From Octopus bimaculoides (Eukaryota): a stretch of 38,861 nucleotides of DNA. A model generated the notes under the pieces. That model was given only the letters and a program-made list of their open reading frames with translations. It did not search any database and was not told where the DNA came from. Shown here piece by piece: positions 11,810-22,398 of the stretch. The translations under genes were made by a program, and so were the position numbers. The stretch's first letter is position 1, and the number at the start of each line of letters is the position of its first letter. Location of the stretch: NCBI RefSeq assembly GCF_001194135.2, contig NC_068990.1, positions 40,759,167 through 40,798,027 of the forward strand, in the 5' to 3' direction.

Positions 11810-12300
11810 TTTTTTAATGACAGCTGAATTGTTCGTACTAGAAAACATCGTGTCTTGGTATAAAGGATGGGCTACAGCAAATATTCTGCTCAACACCGCA
11901 TGTTTCTTTGTCAGTTATTTGACCTTAACCAGTTAAGCATGTCTCTTAATGGCTGACGATATGTGCATCTCTGATCACGAGCAGAAGTAGTGGTGGGGGG
12001 CATCATCGCTATGTGTTGAGGTGAATTCTTTGGGGTTTGGATAATTCATCTCTGGAAACATGGGTGTTTCATTCAAGATCCTAAAATAACCCTTATTCAG
12101 GGGCCTTTTGAGCGAGATGGTCTACATCACCTGAAGAAACTTCTAACTGGGTTCCAGTTGGAAGGTCTCACAGGGCCCCAGCTGTTATCTTGATATGAGA
12201 TCACCATGTCGCGCACATATGGTTGTGATGCATGTGCCAGGTGTACCTTTATGAGACTGGTAGGCATGATGGGTATAATGGACTTCGTATATTTTACCCT
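11810..12300 (+). mobile_element. Unclassified interspersed repeat (probable retroposon 3' part) ending at a (GAT)/(AAT) array
   Basis: Non-simple, moderately GC-rich sequence that I recall as a recurrent octopus repeat; only one copy here, so it cannot be verified within the window. Confidence 0.35.
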
Positions 12301-12355
12301 ATTACTAATGAGGATGATGATGATGATGTTGATGATGATAATAATAATAATAACA

Positions 12356-13076
12356 ATAGACCAGAAAAAAAGAAGAGGAAACAAAGGAAGAAGTACAAAA
12401 AAGACATGAAGAAGACTTAATCAAAAAGCGACTATACAATCAATTCCATGTAGCCACAACTCAAGTTGCTGGAAAAAAACAGGTGGGAATGCATCTGCAA
12501 TAGAGTGGCCGAAACCATTGCTCATATCACGAATTAACGCCCTAGACTTGCCCAAACCCACTACAAGTCGTGGAGACAAGACCAGGTAGCGAAAGTACTA
12601 CATTGGAAACTGCGAAAAGTGAGGGCTTGAGAGAGGCAAGACGTAGTATGAGCACAAACCGCAGAGTGTGGCAGAGTCGGAGACTAGCAAAATCCTCTGG
12701 GATTTCTCAATCCAAACAGATCGGGTGCTAGACCAATAAATACAACCCTCTTAAGTACGAAATAGCCCGGCTATGGAAAATGAAGGTGAAGATAGTGCCA
12801 ATTATTGTTTGGTCTTTGGAAACAATATCAGAAGGCATCATGGAGAATATAAAGGAAATTAGAATAGAATCTCCAGTAGAATTGTTACAAAAAGGTTTGC
12901 CTCCTTGGCATGGCCAGAATGATCAGGAAAGTATTAGATAGCTGAAAAGAACGAATAGCACGGTACCGTAGGCTGCAGGAGGTAAGCCCGCTACGCATGC
13001 AAGACTCCAAGAGCTCCAACAAAACCTGTGATAAAGAGAAAATAACAACAACAACAACAATAATAATGATAATAAT
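12356..13076 (+). mobile_element. Dong/R4-clade (RLE) non-LTR retrotransposon 3' fragment, internally deleted, with an (AAC)/(AAT)n tail
   Basis: Frameshifted translation: KRLYNQF; CICNRVAETIAHITN*RPRLAQTHYKSWRQDQVAKVLHWKL (CCHC-like, 12490-12612); *YEHKPQSV..KILWDFSIQTDRVLD; KYNPLKYEIARLWKMKVKIVPIIVWSLETI..LLQK..LLGMARMIRKVLDS* (stop at 12943-12945). These match R4/Dong C-terminal motifs. Flanked by AAT repeats on both sides. Confidence 0.85.
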
Positions 13077-13139
13077 ATTGCCTTTCTCCTAATTTGTGAT
13101 ATCATGCCTGTGATATCATGCTTTTGTGATATCATGCCT

Positions 13140-13480
13140 TTCATGTTCTGCTTTTAAATCTCACAAACTTAGCCTTTCATCCTTACAGAACAGATAAAAT
13201 AAAGCTCTAGTCAGGTACTGGAGTCAATATAGTCAACTAATTCTACTACTAAATTTCTGGCTTTGAGCCAAAGTTAAAAAACATTATGTTAATTAATTAG
13301 TTAATTAATTAGTCGTCAGAAAAAATGTCTGGCGAGATTTGTTCCGACTCTTAATATTCTACATTAAAATATCTATGAAGTCAAGTTTGTTTAGGTTCTG
13401 AGCTGAAAACCAACTTTGTCCTTTATCTCTTTAGTATCTATAAAATAAAGTTCCAATGAAGTACCAGGATGACTTAATCG
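13140..13480 (+). mobile_element. Two adjacent, highly diverged family C SINE remnants (about 13140-13285 and 13315-13480)
   Basis: ttagcctttcatcc..gataaaataaag..gtactggagtcaat and actttgtcctttatc..taaaataaagttcca..gtaccaggatgacttaatcg. Confidence 0.5.
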
Positions 13481-13877
13481 ATTACTTTCCACAACAAAAA
13501 AGGAAAAAAGAAAAATGGTGTTTATTGCGTTGTGTCTATGTTAGAAAAATTATTATGACTTTTATTTATGAAAAGTTCGAACTGTAGTATTTAGTAACGG
13601 TCTTGCAGATTCTAGATTCACATTCTGCTCAAGTTAAGTATCCTTCATTAAGGGCATATATGGTTCCTACATTTATATTTTCTGAACTGTTTACACAGAT
13701 ATCTTATAACTGCACCAAAAATAATAATTATTGTTGCCGAAATAATAATTGTTGATTACGAAAACTTTCATTTTCATAAATAACATATAAACATGTACAT
13801 CTTTTAGAACATTATCATTTTATAAGACTTTGCAATGTGGACTTAAACAACATTCATTATATGTAATTGAGATGTGT

Positions 13878-14287
13878 TTGTGTTGTTGTTGGCACACCGT
13901 CGCTTACGACGGAGTATTCCAGCTGATCCGATGAGGGTTCCAGTTGATCCGATCAACGGAACAGCCAACCCGTGAAATTAGCGTGCAAGTGGCTGAGTAC
14001 TCCACAGACACGTGTACCCTTAACGTAGTTCTCGGGGATATTCAGCATAACACATTGTGACAAGGCTGGCCCTTTGAATTACAGGCACAACAGAAACAGG
14101 AAGTAAGAGTGAGAGAAAGTTGTGGTGATAGAGTACAGCAGGGTTCACCACCATCCCCTGCCGGAGCCTCGTGGAGCTTTAGGTGTTTTCGCTCAATAAA
14201 CACTCATAACGCCCGGTCTGGGAATCGAAACCGCGATCCTATGACCGCGAGTCCGCTGCCCTAACCACTGGGTCATTGCGCCTCCAC
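13878..14287 (-). mobile_element. Full-length tRNA-derived SINE, family A (probably one of the octopus OR-type SINEs)
   Basis: A-box (tgacccagtggt) and B-box (ggtttcgattccc) on the - strand, (AAC)n tail, perfect 11-bp TSD ttgagatgtgt at 13867-13877 and 14288-14298. Confidence 0.95.
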
Positions 14288-14724
14288 TTGAGATGTGTAC
14301 AATACTCTTATTTCTATATTTTTACCAAGTTCGATGATACATATCGCAAACTGCTCACAAATCTAAAATATTATTATTACACACACAGATGTTTGACAGA
14401 ATGACAAATGCTTCACCAACAACAACACTATAACCAGTGGCTCACACATGCACTTCACTCTATTTTTTTCTCTCAGTCGACAATAATCCATGCTCTTCTA
14501 AATTAGAAAGCTCATACTACCGATTTACGAACCACAAAATGCAGCTATCGTCTCTCATTTCATCATCCCTACCGCAGATACCGCCAACAGAGAATCCTTC
14601 AATCATTTCTCCTTCGAGAAGTATCTCTTCGGAATTTTCTTCACCCAAAGTTCAAATCGAACATCGTGACCATATATTTTACCAAACTGAAAAGGTAAAA
14701 ATAAATAGAAGTCCTTGTGTATCT

Positions 14725-15490
14725 GTATGTATGTATGTATGTATGTATGTATGTATGTATGTATGTATGTATGTATGTACGTACGTACGTACGCATGCAT
14801 GCATGTATGCTTTTATGTATACATGTTTGTACGTATATATGTATGAGTCCATGTGTATATTGTTTGTATGTGCGCATGTACGTGCATATATATAAGTACA
14901 CATTTTTTTTCAAACAGGCTTGTCTATATAAAGTTTGATGATTCGTACACCGATATAAGATCGCATACTGATGAGGATGAGTGTGTATATGCATTTCGAT
15001 ATATATATATATATATATATATANNNNNNNNNNNNNNNNNNNNNNNNNNNNNNNNNNNNNNNNNNNNNNNNNNNNNNNNNNNNNNNNNNNNNNNNNNNNN
15101 NNNNNNNNNNNNNNNNNNNNNNNNNNNNNNNNNNNNNNNNNNNNNNNNNNNNNNNNNNNNNNNNNNNNNNNNNNNNNNNNNNNNNNNNNNNNNNNNNNNN
15201 NNNNNNNNNNNNNNNNNNNNNNNNNNNNNNNNNNNNNNNNNNNNNNNNNNNNNNNNNNNNNNNNNNNNNNNNNNNNNNNNNNNNNNNNNNNNNNNNNNNN
15301 NNTATATATATATATATATATATATATGTACATATGTACATATATGCATATTTATATATATACACATATATATGTGTATGTGCATGTATGTGTATATGCA
15401 TATACGTAAATATGTATGTATATATATGCATGCGTGTATATGCGTGTATGTATTTATAATCTATGTACGCATGATGTATGTGTATGTTCA
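14725..15490. repeat. (TATG)n/(TACG)n/(CATG)n and (TA)n microsatellite region containing gap 15024-15302
   Basis: Directly visible. Confidence 0.9.
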
Positions 15491-15809
15491 GTAAAGATAT
15501 ATAAACACGTGTTTCTTGTTAAATTCTTCAGTGAAGAATCCTAAATGTGTTGTAAAATTAATCGGAATTTTATGCTAAATTAATAACGGCACCAAAATAT
15601 CTAGAATAACTAACTTGCTAGTAATTAGAACAATTAAAACAATATGGGAAATTGAGAGAGAATGTGTGAATGAGCGTGTATGAGCTTGAGCGTGTGCGTG
15701 CACGCGCGCGTGTAAGTGAGTGAGTGATCATGTATTAGTTTGTAAGTTTTCTGCAGTGCTGAGAGAAAAAGAGGAGTGATAAACGCAGAGAGTAATGTAT
15801 GTTTTTTTA

Positions 15810-15991
15810 TCTGTGTGTGTGTGTGTGTGTGTGTCTGAGTGAGTGTGTGTGTCTGAGTGAGTGAGTGTGTGTGTCTGAGTGAGTGCGTGTGTGTGTCTGA
15901 GTGTGTGTGTGTGTCTGAGTGAGTGTGTGTGTGTGTGTCTGAGTGAGTGTGCGTGTGTCTGAGTGAGTGTGTGCATGTGCGTGTGTACAGA

Positions 15992-16020
<29 letters not shown>
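15810..16020. repeat. (TG)n array punctuated by TCTGAGTGA units, followed by (CA)n
   Basis: About seven recurrences of gtgtgtctgagtg with variable TG spacer lengths. Confidence 0.9.
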
Positions 16021-16023
<3 letters not shown>

Positions 16024-16656
16024 TATTCCAGTACATGTTCATAAATATATTTACATAAAATTACAATCACGCGCATGCGTGAATGTGTTTGTTCATTAGT
16101 TTCTTTCTTTCTGTCTATCTATCCATCTCTATCTCTATCTGTGTGTGTGTGTATGTATGTGTGTATGTATGTATGTATGTATGTATGTATGTGTGCGCGT
16201 GCGCGCCAGCACGCGTGTGTGTGCGTGCTAAGTCGATAAAAGCTAAACGACTTCCTGGATCGAAATGAGTATATCATATGGGACATTCTATTTCTGACCT
16301 TAAGTTGCTTTGAGGCAAGTAGAATTAAGTGCCTGACAAATGTATGTTTTAAAACGCTTACAGTAGAAATCAACCCATGACACCCTGTTAAAGGTGCAAT
16401 TCTGTCTTTAGTTTCTACACACACTTACATACATACATCTCTCTGCTAATGTTTTCAAGTATAAGCAGGGAGACATAGACAGAGAAGCCCGGACATTTCC
16501 GCAAATATATGTAAGATACCCATCACTCAGTGGGACACTTATGGTGAAACTCAAATTCAAGTTCAGAAATGCATTCACTGAACATTGGATGTACATACGT
16601 ACTGCGTTGAGTGGGGTTTTGTCAACCAAACATTACACGCTGTATCCTATAATCTC

Positions 16657-17060
16657 GTGGAGGCGCAATGGCCCAGTGGTTAGGGCAGCGGACTAGCAGT
16701 CATAAGATCGCGGTTTCGATTCCCAGAACGGGCGTTGTGAGTGTTTATTGAGCGAAAACGCCTAAAGCTCCACGAGGCTCCGACAGGGGATGGTGGCGAA
16801 CCCTGCTGTACTCTTCCACCACTACTTTCTCTCACTCTTACTTCCTGTTTCTGTTGTGCCTGTAATTCAAAGGGTCAGCCTTGTCACACTGTGTCACGCT
16901 GAATATCCCCGAGAACTACGTTAAGGGTACACGTGTCTGTGGAGTGCTCAGCCACTTGCACGTTAATTTCACGAGCAGGCTGTTCCGTTGATCGGATCAA
17001 CTGGAACCCTCATCGGATCAACTGGAGCCCTCGACGTCGTAAGCGACGGAGTGCCAACAA
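16657..17060 (+). mobile_element. Full-length tRNA-derived SINE, family A
   Basis: A-box 16669-16680, B-box 16712-16724, (AAC) tail, perfect 11-bp TSD cctataatctc at 16646-16656 and 17061-17071. Confidence 0.95.
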
Positions 17061-18249
17061 CCTATAATCTCAATCAAAGATTACAAGATGTAATTGACAA
17101 CTGGATCAACACGATATGCAGACATGATTAAAAATGACTCTTTCTCAGATAATGTGAAACCTATTTCTGACAGGTAGGAAAACTTAGGTGATGTGGAATA
17201 ACGTACTCTACGTTGAAATTCCAAAAGCTGATTTGAATGTATAGTTATGTATAGTTATGCACTTATATACTGATACACATATGGACATTTATGCACACAC
17301 TTATGCAAACTCACGCATACATACACACACACACACACACACACACACGTGCACATACACACACTCAAATACGCGCACACACAATCACACGCGCATGATC
17401 ACACACTATTTTTTCATACATTCTCTTTCGAGTTATGTCTCCTAATCTCTATTTTATGACGTTTACTTCGTTCAACTTCAACGTGGACTTTGTGTATGTA
17501 TGCATGTATGCATGTATTCATGTATGTATGTGGGTGTATATACGGGTATGTATGCGTGTGTACGATTATATGTATACGTATGTGTGTGTAATCATATATG
17601 CATGTGTATCTTTACGTACGTGTGTGTGTCTATCTTTACACACACATACTCACACACAAACACTCTCACAGACGCATTTATATATGTAACTGGACATATA
17701 CCCGTATGTACTTTTATAATACAACAAAGTGGATATTCGTCCTCATAACTAAAAGAGACATGTACTATTATTGTAGTTTGGCAGACACATAAACTTCACA
17801 TCAAAAGTAAATAAGACAGAGTATGTGGAATTAATAGGGAAACATCCAATCTTTATCTCCTTGTTCAAAAGTACATATGTTCATCTGAAATTAATGGAGG
17901 TAGTCTAGTATTTAATTCAGAATCAGCGCACCATTTAAAAAGACAAGTTTCCAATATTTGACGTTGCTCAAATACAGTTGATCATGTCACCAATTATAGT
18001 TGTTTACATGAGTGTTTTTACTCTAATTTTATTTAGTTTTAAGTGAATATAATCCCTTCAGTGATCTGAGGTTTATACGGGTAACTTTTTTAAGTACAGT
18101 TGTAATGACTTTCGTTCAGGTAAATACTTATGAATCCTGTCCCAACTCGAATTCTGATTACCATATTTATAAAGGAGTTTATACGCGGTCGCTAGATTTG
18201 CAGTTAAATATCATTCAATATAACATTTTAATGTCCTTTTTTTTTTAAT

Positions 18250-19300
18250 GATACATCGAATAATGTCCTGGAAATACTGTTTAATAAAACATCGGAATCG
18301 CATTGGAACACTTTTTATCATGTCAACTCGGATCAATAAAAACAGCTTTCTTTTAGATGTTACCTTAAGTTTAACACTTAGACCACCTTGCATCATAAGA
18401 TCATGTGGCTTATCAGAGCTCTACAATAGGTTCTATGAGGTCCATTGAACCACAATATATTTTTGTCCGTATCTTTTTTTAAAATCTAATTTGAATCGTT
18501 CGGCCTTTAAAAGTTCCCATGGTATACTGATAAGTTCAATGGGAAGTTACATTTTGTCTGAAACCTCTTAAGAAGGGTTCCAAAATTGGACTGAAGACGA
18601 CTCTTAACATAATTCTGTGAATTCATTATCTTCAAGTGCAACATAGTGATTGGGAAAATACTTAAAATTATGGAATCTCTTCAAAGAGTATCACTCAAAA
18701 AAAATATCAGTTCTATAAATAAATCTAAGATGGGAAAGTAACGTGAAATGTATTGTTTATGAAGACAACAATCTGATTGCAGCAGAAAACTTAATCAATG
18801 GCACTGAGCTTGCGTCATATAAATCAGTCCTTCGACAATTAACCTAACCCCGTTTGAAATGTGTACCACATATACATCAAGTATCTTGTTTTATTAGAAA
18901 TTAGGTGCTGACATTCATGTTTTTTTTTTTTTGCACTAAAAGATCCTGAACTCTTTTACTGATCTTCAAACAAAAGATATTAACGTAAGAACACTGAACT
19001 ACAAGAAGTACATTCTAGCTAATTCCGATTCAATGCAGCCAATTTCACTTCACTTACTCCAATTATACTATGCGAAAAGTTACAGAACATCCCGTTTTCA
19101 TCTAAACTGTGGCCTTCTTGAAGGAAAACGATATTATCAAGCATTGCAGTGTATTTACTTTACAAATACTAAAAACAAGGAATAATGACTGAGTATGTGC
19201 ATTACTGCATATTTATGTGATTTGTGATATCGCAGGATTACTTCCAGTAAAAACTGCAATCTGTCCCAAGCAAAATGTGAAACACTTCATGAATTTCAAA
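18250..19300 (+). pseudogene. Possible highly decayed piggyBac/PGBD-like transposase remnant
   Basis: Frameshifted fragments KFNGKLHFV (18532-18558) and PLKKGSKIGLK (18564-18596) resemble the piggyBac D-E-x-M-x-x-F-x-G-R...Y-x-P-x-K-P-x-K-x-G-x-K motif; upstream GTLFIMSTR resembles the MSRxRF motif. Weak, by eye only. Confidence 0.28.
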
Positions 19301-19929
19301 TATAACTCAATGTATGATAAATAAAAATAATTTATTTTTGTTACAGAGGTGAATATAGAACCTAGAAAAAATCTATAGAGGAAGGATTGGATTTGATATT
19401 CATGCAAATAAAATGCTTCGAAGATAAAATCAAAAGACAGTTGTAAGCTTCATTTGTCAAGAATTTGGTTCTCTAGTTAGCGATCGTTTGGTATTGGCTT
19501 TTTAAAAAGCTGTAATTTGTTAAAGAGCGAGCTGAGATTGCGTACCTTTCAAACTTATAGAAGGGATATCAAACTACTACGGCAACCTGAAGAAAAAGGT
19601 GATGTAAAACTCGTGACCTTTTCTAATGGTATCGAGATGTATAACTGAAATAAAAACATAATCGTTATAATCAGATCAACAGAGAGGACTTGTATTTTGA
19701 TAAAACAAAAAAAAAAACAAAAAAAAAAACTCCTTTCGTTAAAGGACAATCATTTAAATGGCATTTTCTCTTAAACAGTATCGACACCAATAATGAAGTG
19801 AACTAGCTTTGACTGAAAAATGAATGCCGAGTCAGATAATAGACATACTATTTTTTGTAAATTACTCGCGCAGTATAAATTTCTAATACTGACCAGGCAC
19901 ATGACCAGGCATCCACTTTCATTTAATAT

Positions 19930-20072
19930 TGATTTCTACAGAGGCACAAGGCGACACATTTCAGTGGAAGGAAACAGTCGATTGCATTGACTTCAGTACA
20001 TGACTAGTACTTTATTTTATCACCCCGGGATGGCAAAGTCGACATCTATAGCATAAATACCGCAGAGCATTT
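19930..20072 (-). mobile_element. Family C SINE remnant
   Basis: Reverse complement contains aaatgctctgcggtattt, gtcgactttgccatcc, ataaaataaagtactagtc..gtactgaagtcaatgcaatcgac and ccttgtgcctctgtagaaa. Confidence 0.7.
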
Positions 20073-20519
20073 TGTTTGTCGATTGTTTTCATTTAATATT
20101 GATAACATTACTACAAAGTACTTCACTCATACAAAATAAATATCTCGCTTAAAATAATAAATCAGAAAGAGTTTCTTTTCTTCTTCTGCCTTGACATCAT
20201 GTCTAGTTAAGATTTAAATATATTGGTTAAATTAATTTGGTTTATTGGAGGTCAAATGAAATACAACAGACCCCACTCAAAGATATAACAAAACAATCAT
20301 AATAAAAAATAGGACTGAATTTGTGTGATCTCCATAAATATAATTTCTAAAACTCATAAATATACCAATTCTCTTTTAATTTGGAATGTATAAATTTCAT
20401 CTTGGAAAGACAATATACATAATCTTACATATATTCATATACGCCACACTCTCAATTCACACACACATTCACGTACATTTAGACATTGACATAAACAAAA
20501 GCACGTAGCCAGACAGACA

Positions 20520-20890
20520 TAGTAACACACACACGCATAAAAATGCATATACAATCATGTGTGTGTGTGCATATATAAATATATATACACATAAATTCAC
20601 ACATACACAGACACACACATATATATATATGGGAGTAAACTTACACTTACATCAAAGCACTCTCACAAAGTCCGTATATTATTTATATGATGTGTTTATG
20701 AGTGTAAATAAAATGTGTATGCTTGTAGATGTTTGAGAATATGTGTATAAGAACGGATGATGTACGTCTTTATGCCTATATATATATGTATGTGTGTTTG
20801 TGTGTGCATGTATGTATGTATGCATGCATGCATGCAAATGTATGTATGTATGTATGTATGTACGTACGTACGTATGTGCATGCATACGTA
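20520..20890. repeat. Compound CA/TA/TATG/CATG/TACG microsatellite region
   Basis: Directly visible. Confidence 0.85.
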
Positions 20891-21714
20891 CCTATTTATT
20901 TCAATTATCTAGACTGATTAAAGCTGCAAGACGAGTAGAGAGTGGAATAGAATGATAGGTAGAGATACAGATTGAAGAATAAACACACTAACGCATTTAC
21001 AGAGACATATGCACACACAGGCGCTGACGCAGAGAGAGAAAGACAGAAAGAAAGAGAGTGAATGAGAGAAAGAGAGAGAGAGACCCATTTATCAGACTTG
21101 GCCTCCAATCTGATCAAAAAGAACCCATTATAATCTGAAGCACTTACATGTGGATTTTTAACATAATCATAAAACATTCTACTGATTAAGTTTAAGACCC
21201 AATGACGTAGCGTTGGTGTTGTTATTATTTTTTTTGTTTTATTGTAGCCCATTGTTGGTATAGATGTTGTTGTATAAATAGGGTGAGGATGAAGGAGGTG
21301 GACAGACAGAAAAGATGTGCGCGGGTGCGGAAAAGAGGAGCTGATAATGGCTCTGAGATATATTTCGTCCTTTTGTCGCTGCCGCTGGTTGACATGCGAT
21401 AGCGGATGATGGGAAGACATGATAGGTAGGGAAAGGTTGGGTAGCTAGTGGTTGCGGAGGTAGATGGTGGTAGGTGGTGTTAGGTGGTTGTAAGTGATGG
21501 TAAACAGTGGCAGGTGATGGAAATGTGGGGTAGGCGGCGGTATTGGCGCTGGTAGATAATGGATATGTAAGGGGGGTTTAGTTATTAGCAATAGCGGTGA
21601 TGATAATAGTTAGGGGGTAGTTGATGCCGATCAACAGCGTAGGTTACAGAGGTGTGCAATAAGAAGAAGTGGTGGTGACGATGGTAAGCAATATAAATGT
21701 GTGAGTTAGGTGGA

Positions 21715-21737
21715 TCGATATATATATACATACATAC

Positions 21738-21768
<31 letters not shown>

Positions 21769-21772
21769 CATG

Positions 21773-21860
<88 letters not shown>
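21715..21860. repeat. (TA)n then (TG)n microsatellite within G-rich low-complexity DNA (21420-22050)
   Basis: Directly visible. Confidence 0.9.
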
Positions 21861-21861
<1 letters not shown>

Positions 21862-22398
21862 AATACTAGGGTGTGTAACTTGTACTGATTGACAAGTGGC
21901 TGTGGGATAAAGGGTGGAAAAAGTAGAAACGTATGGGGGTAGGTGTGATAACAGACAGGTGGAGTAGGATTATGAAAATGGCGCATGGAGGGACCCTTTA
22001 CTTACATCAGTGGCCAAGAGTGGGGAATAGGCGGGGTACTAAGTGGCAGAGGAGGTATATAAACATTTACGGCTTTTTTTTCTTCTCATATTAGAGCTGT
22101 AAAAACGTTAGATGTTAGTGTTTTAGACGATTATGACGATGTTTGCAGATACAGATGATGGTTATCATAATCGTAATGATGAAATTGCAATGATGATAAC
22201 AATAACGATTAGTGTTCGTCGGTAATATTGTGCTGAACTGTAAGATTAACATCTATCTATCTATCTATCTATCTCTTCTCACGGACGTGCTGTCACATNN
22301 NNNNNNNNNNNNNNNNNNNNNNNNNNNNNNNNNNNNNNNNNNNNNNNNNNNNNNNNNNNNNNNNNNNNNNNNNNNNNNNNNNNNNNNNNNNNNNNNNN

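Noticed and set aside
16657-16732. tRNA genes (also 14212-14287, 38327-38402 and 32060-32137)
   Set aside because: The A and B boxes belong to SINE heads that continue into SINE bodies with tails; the family A copies have TSDs and no complete cloverleaf.
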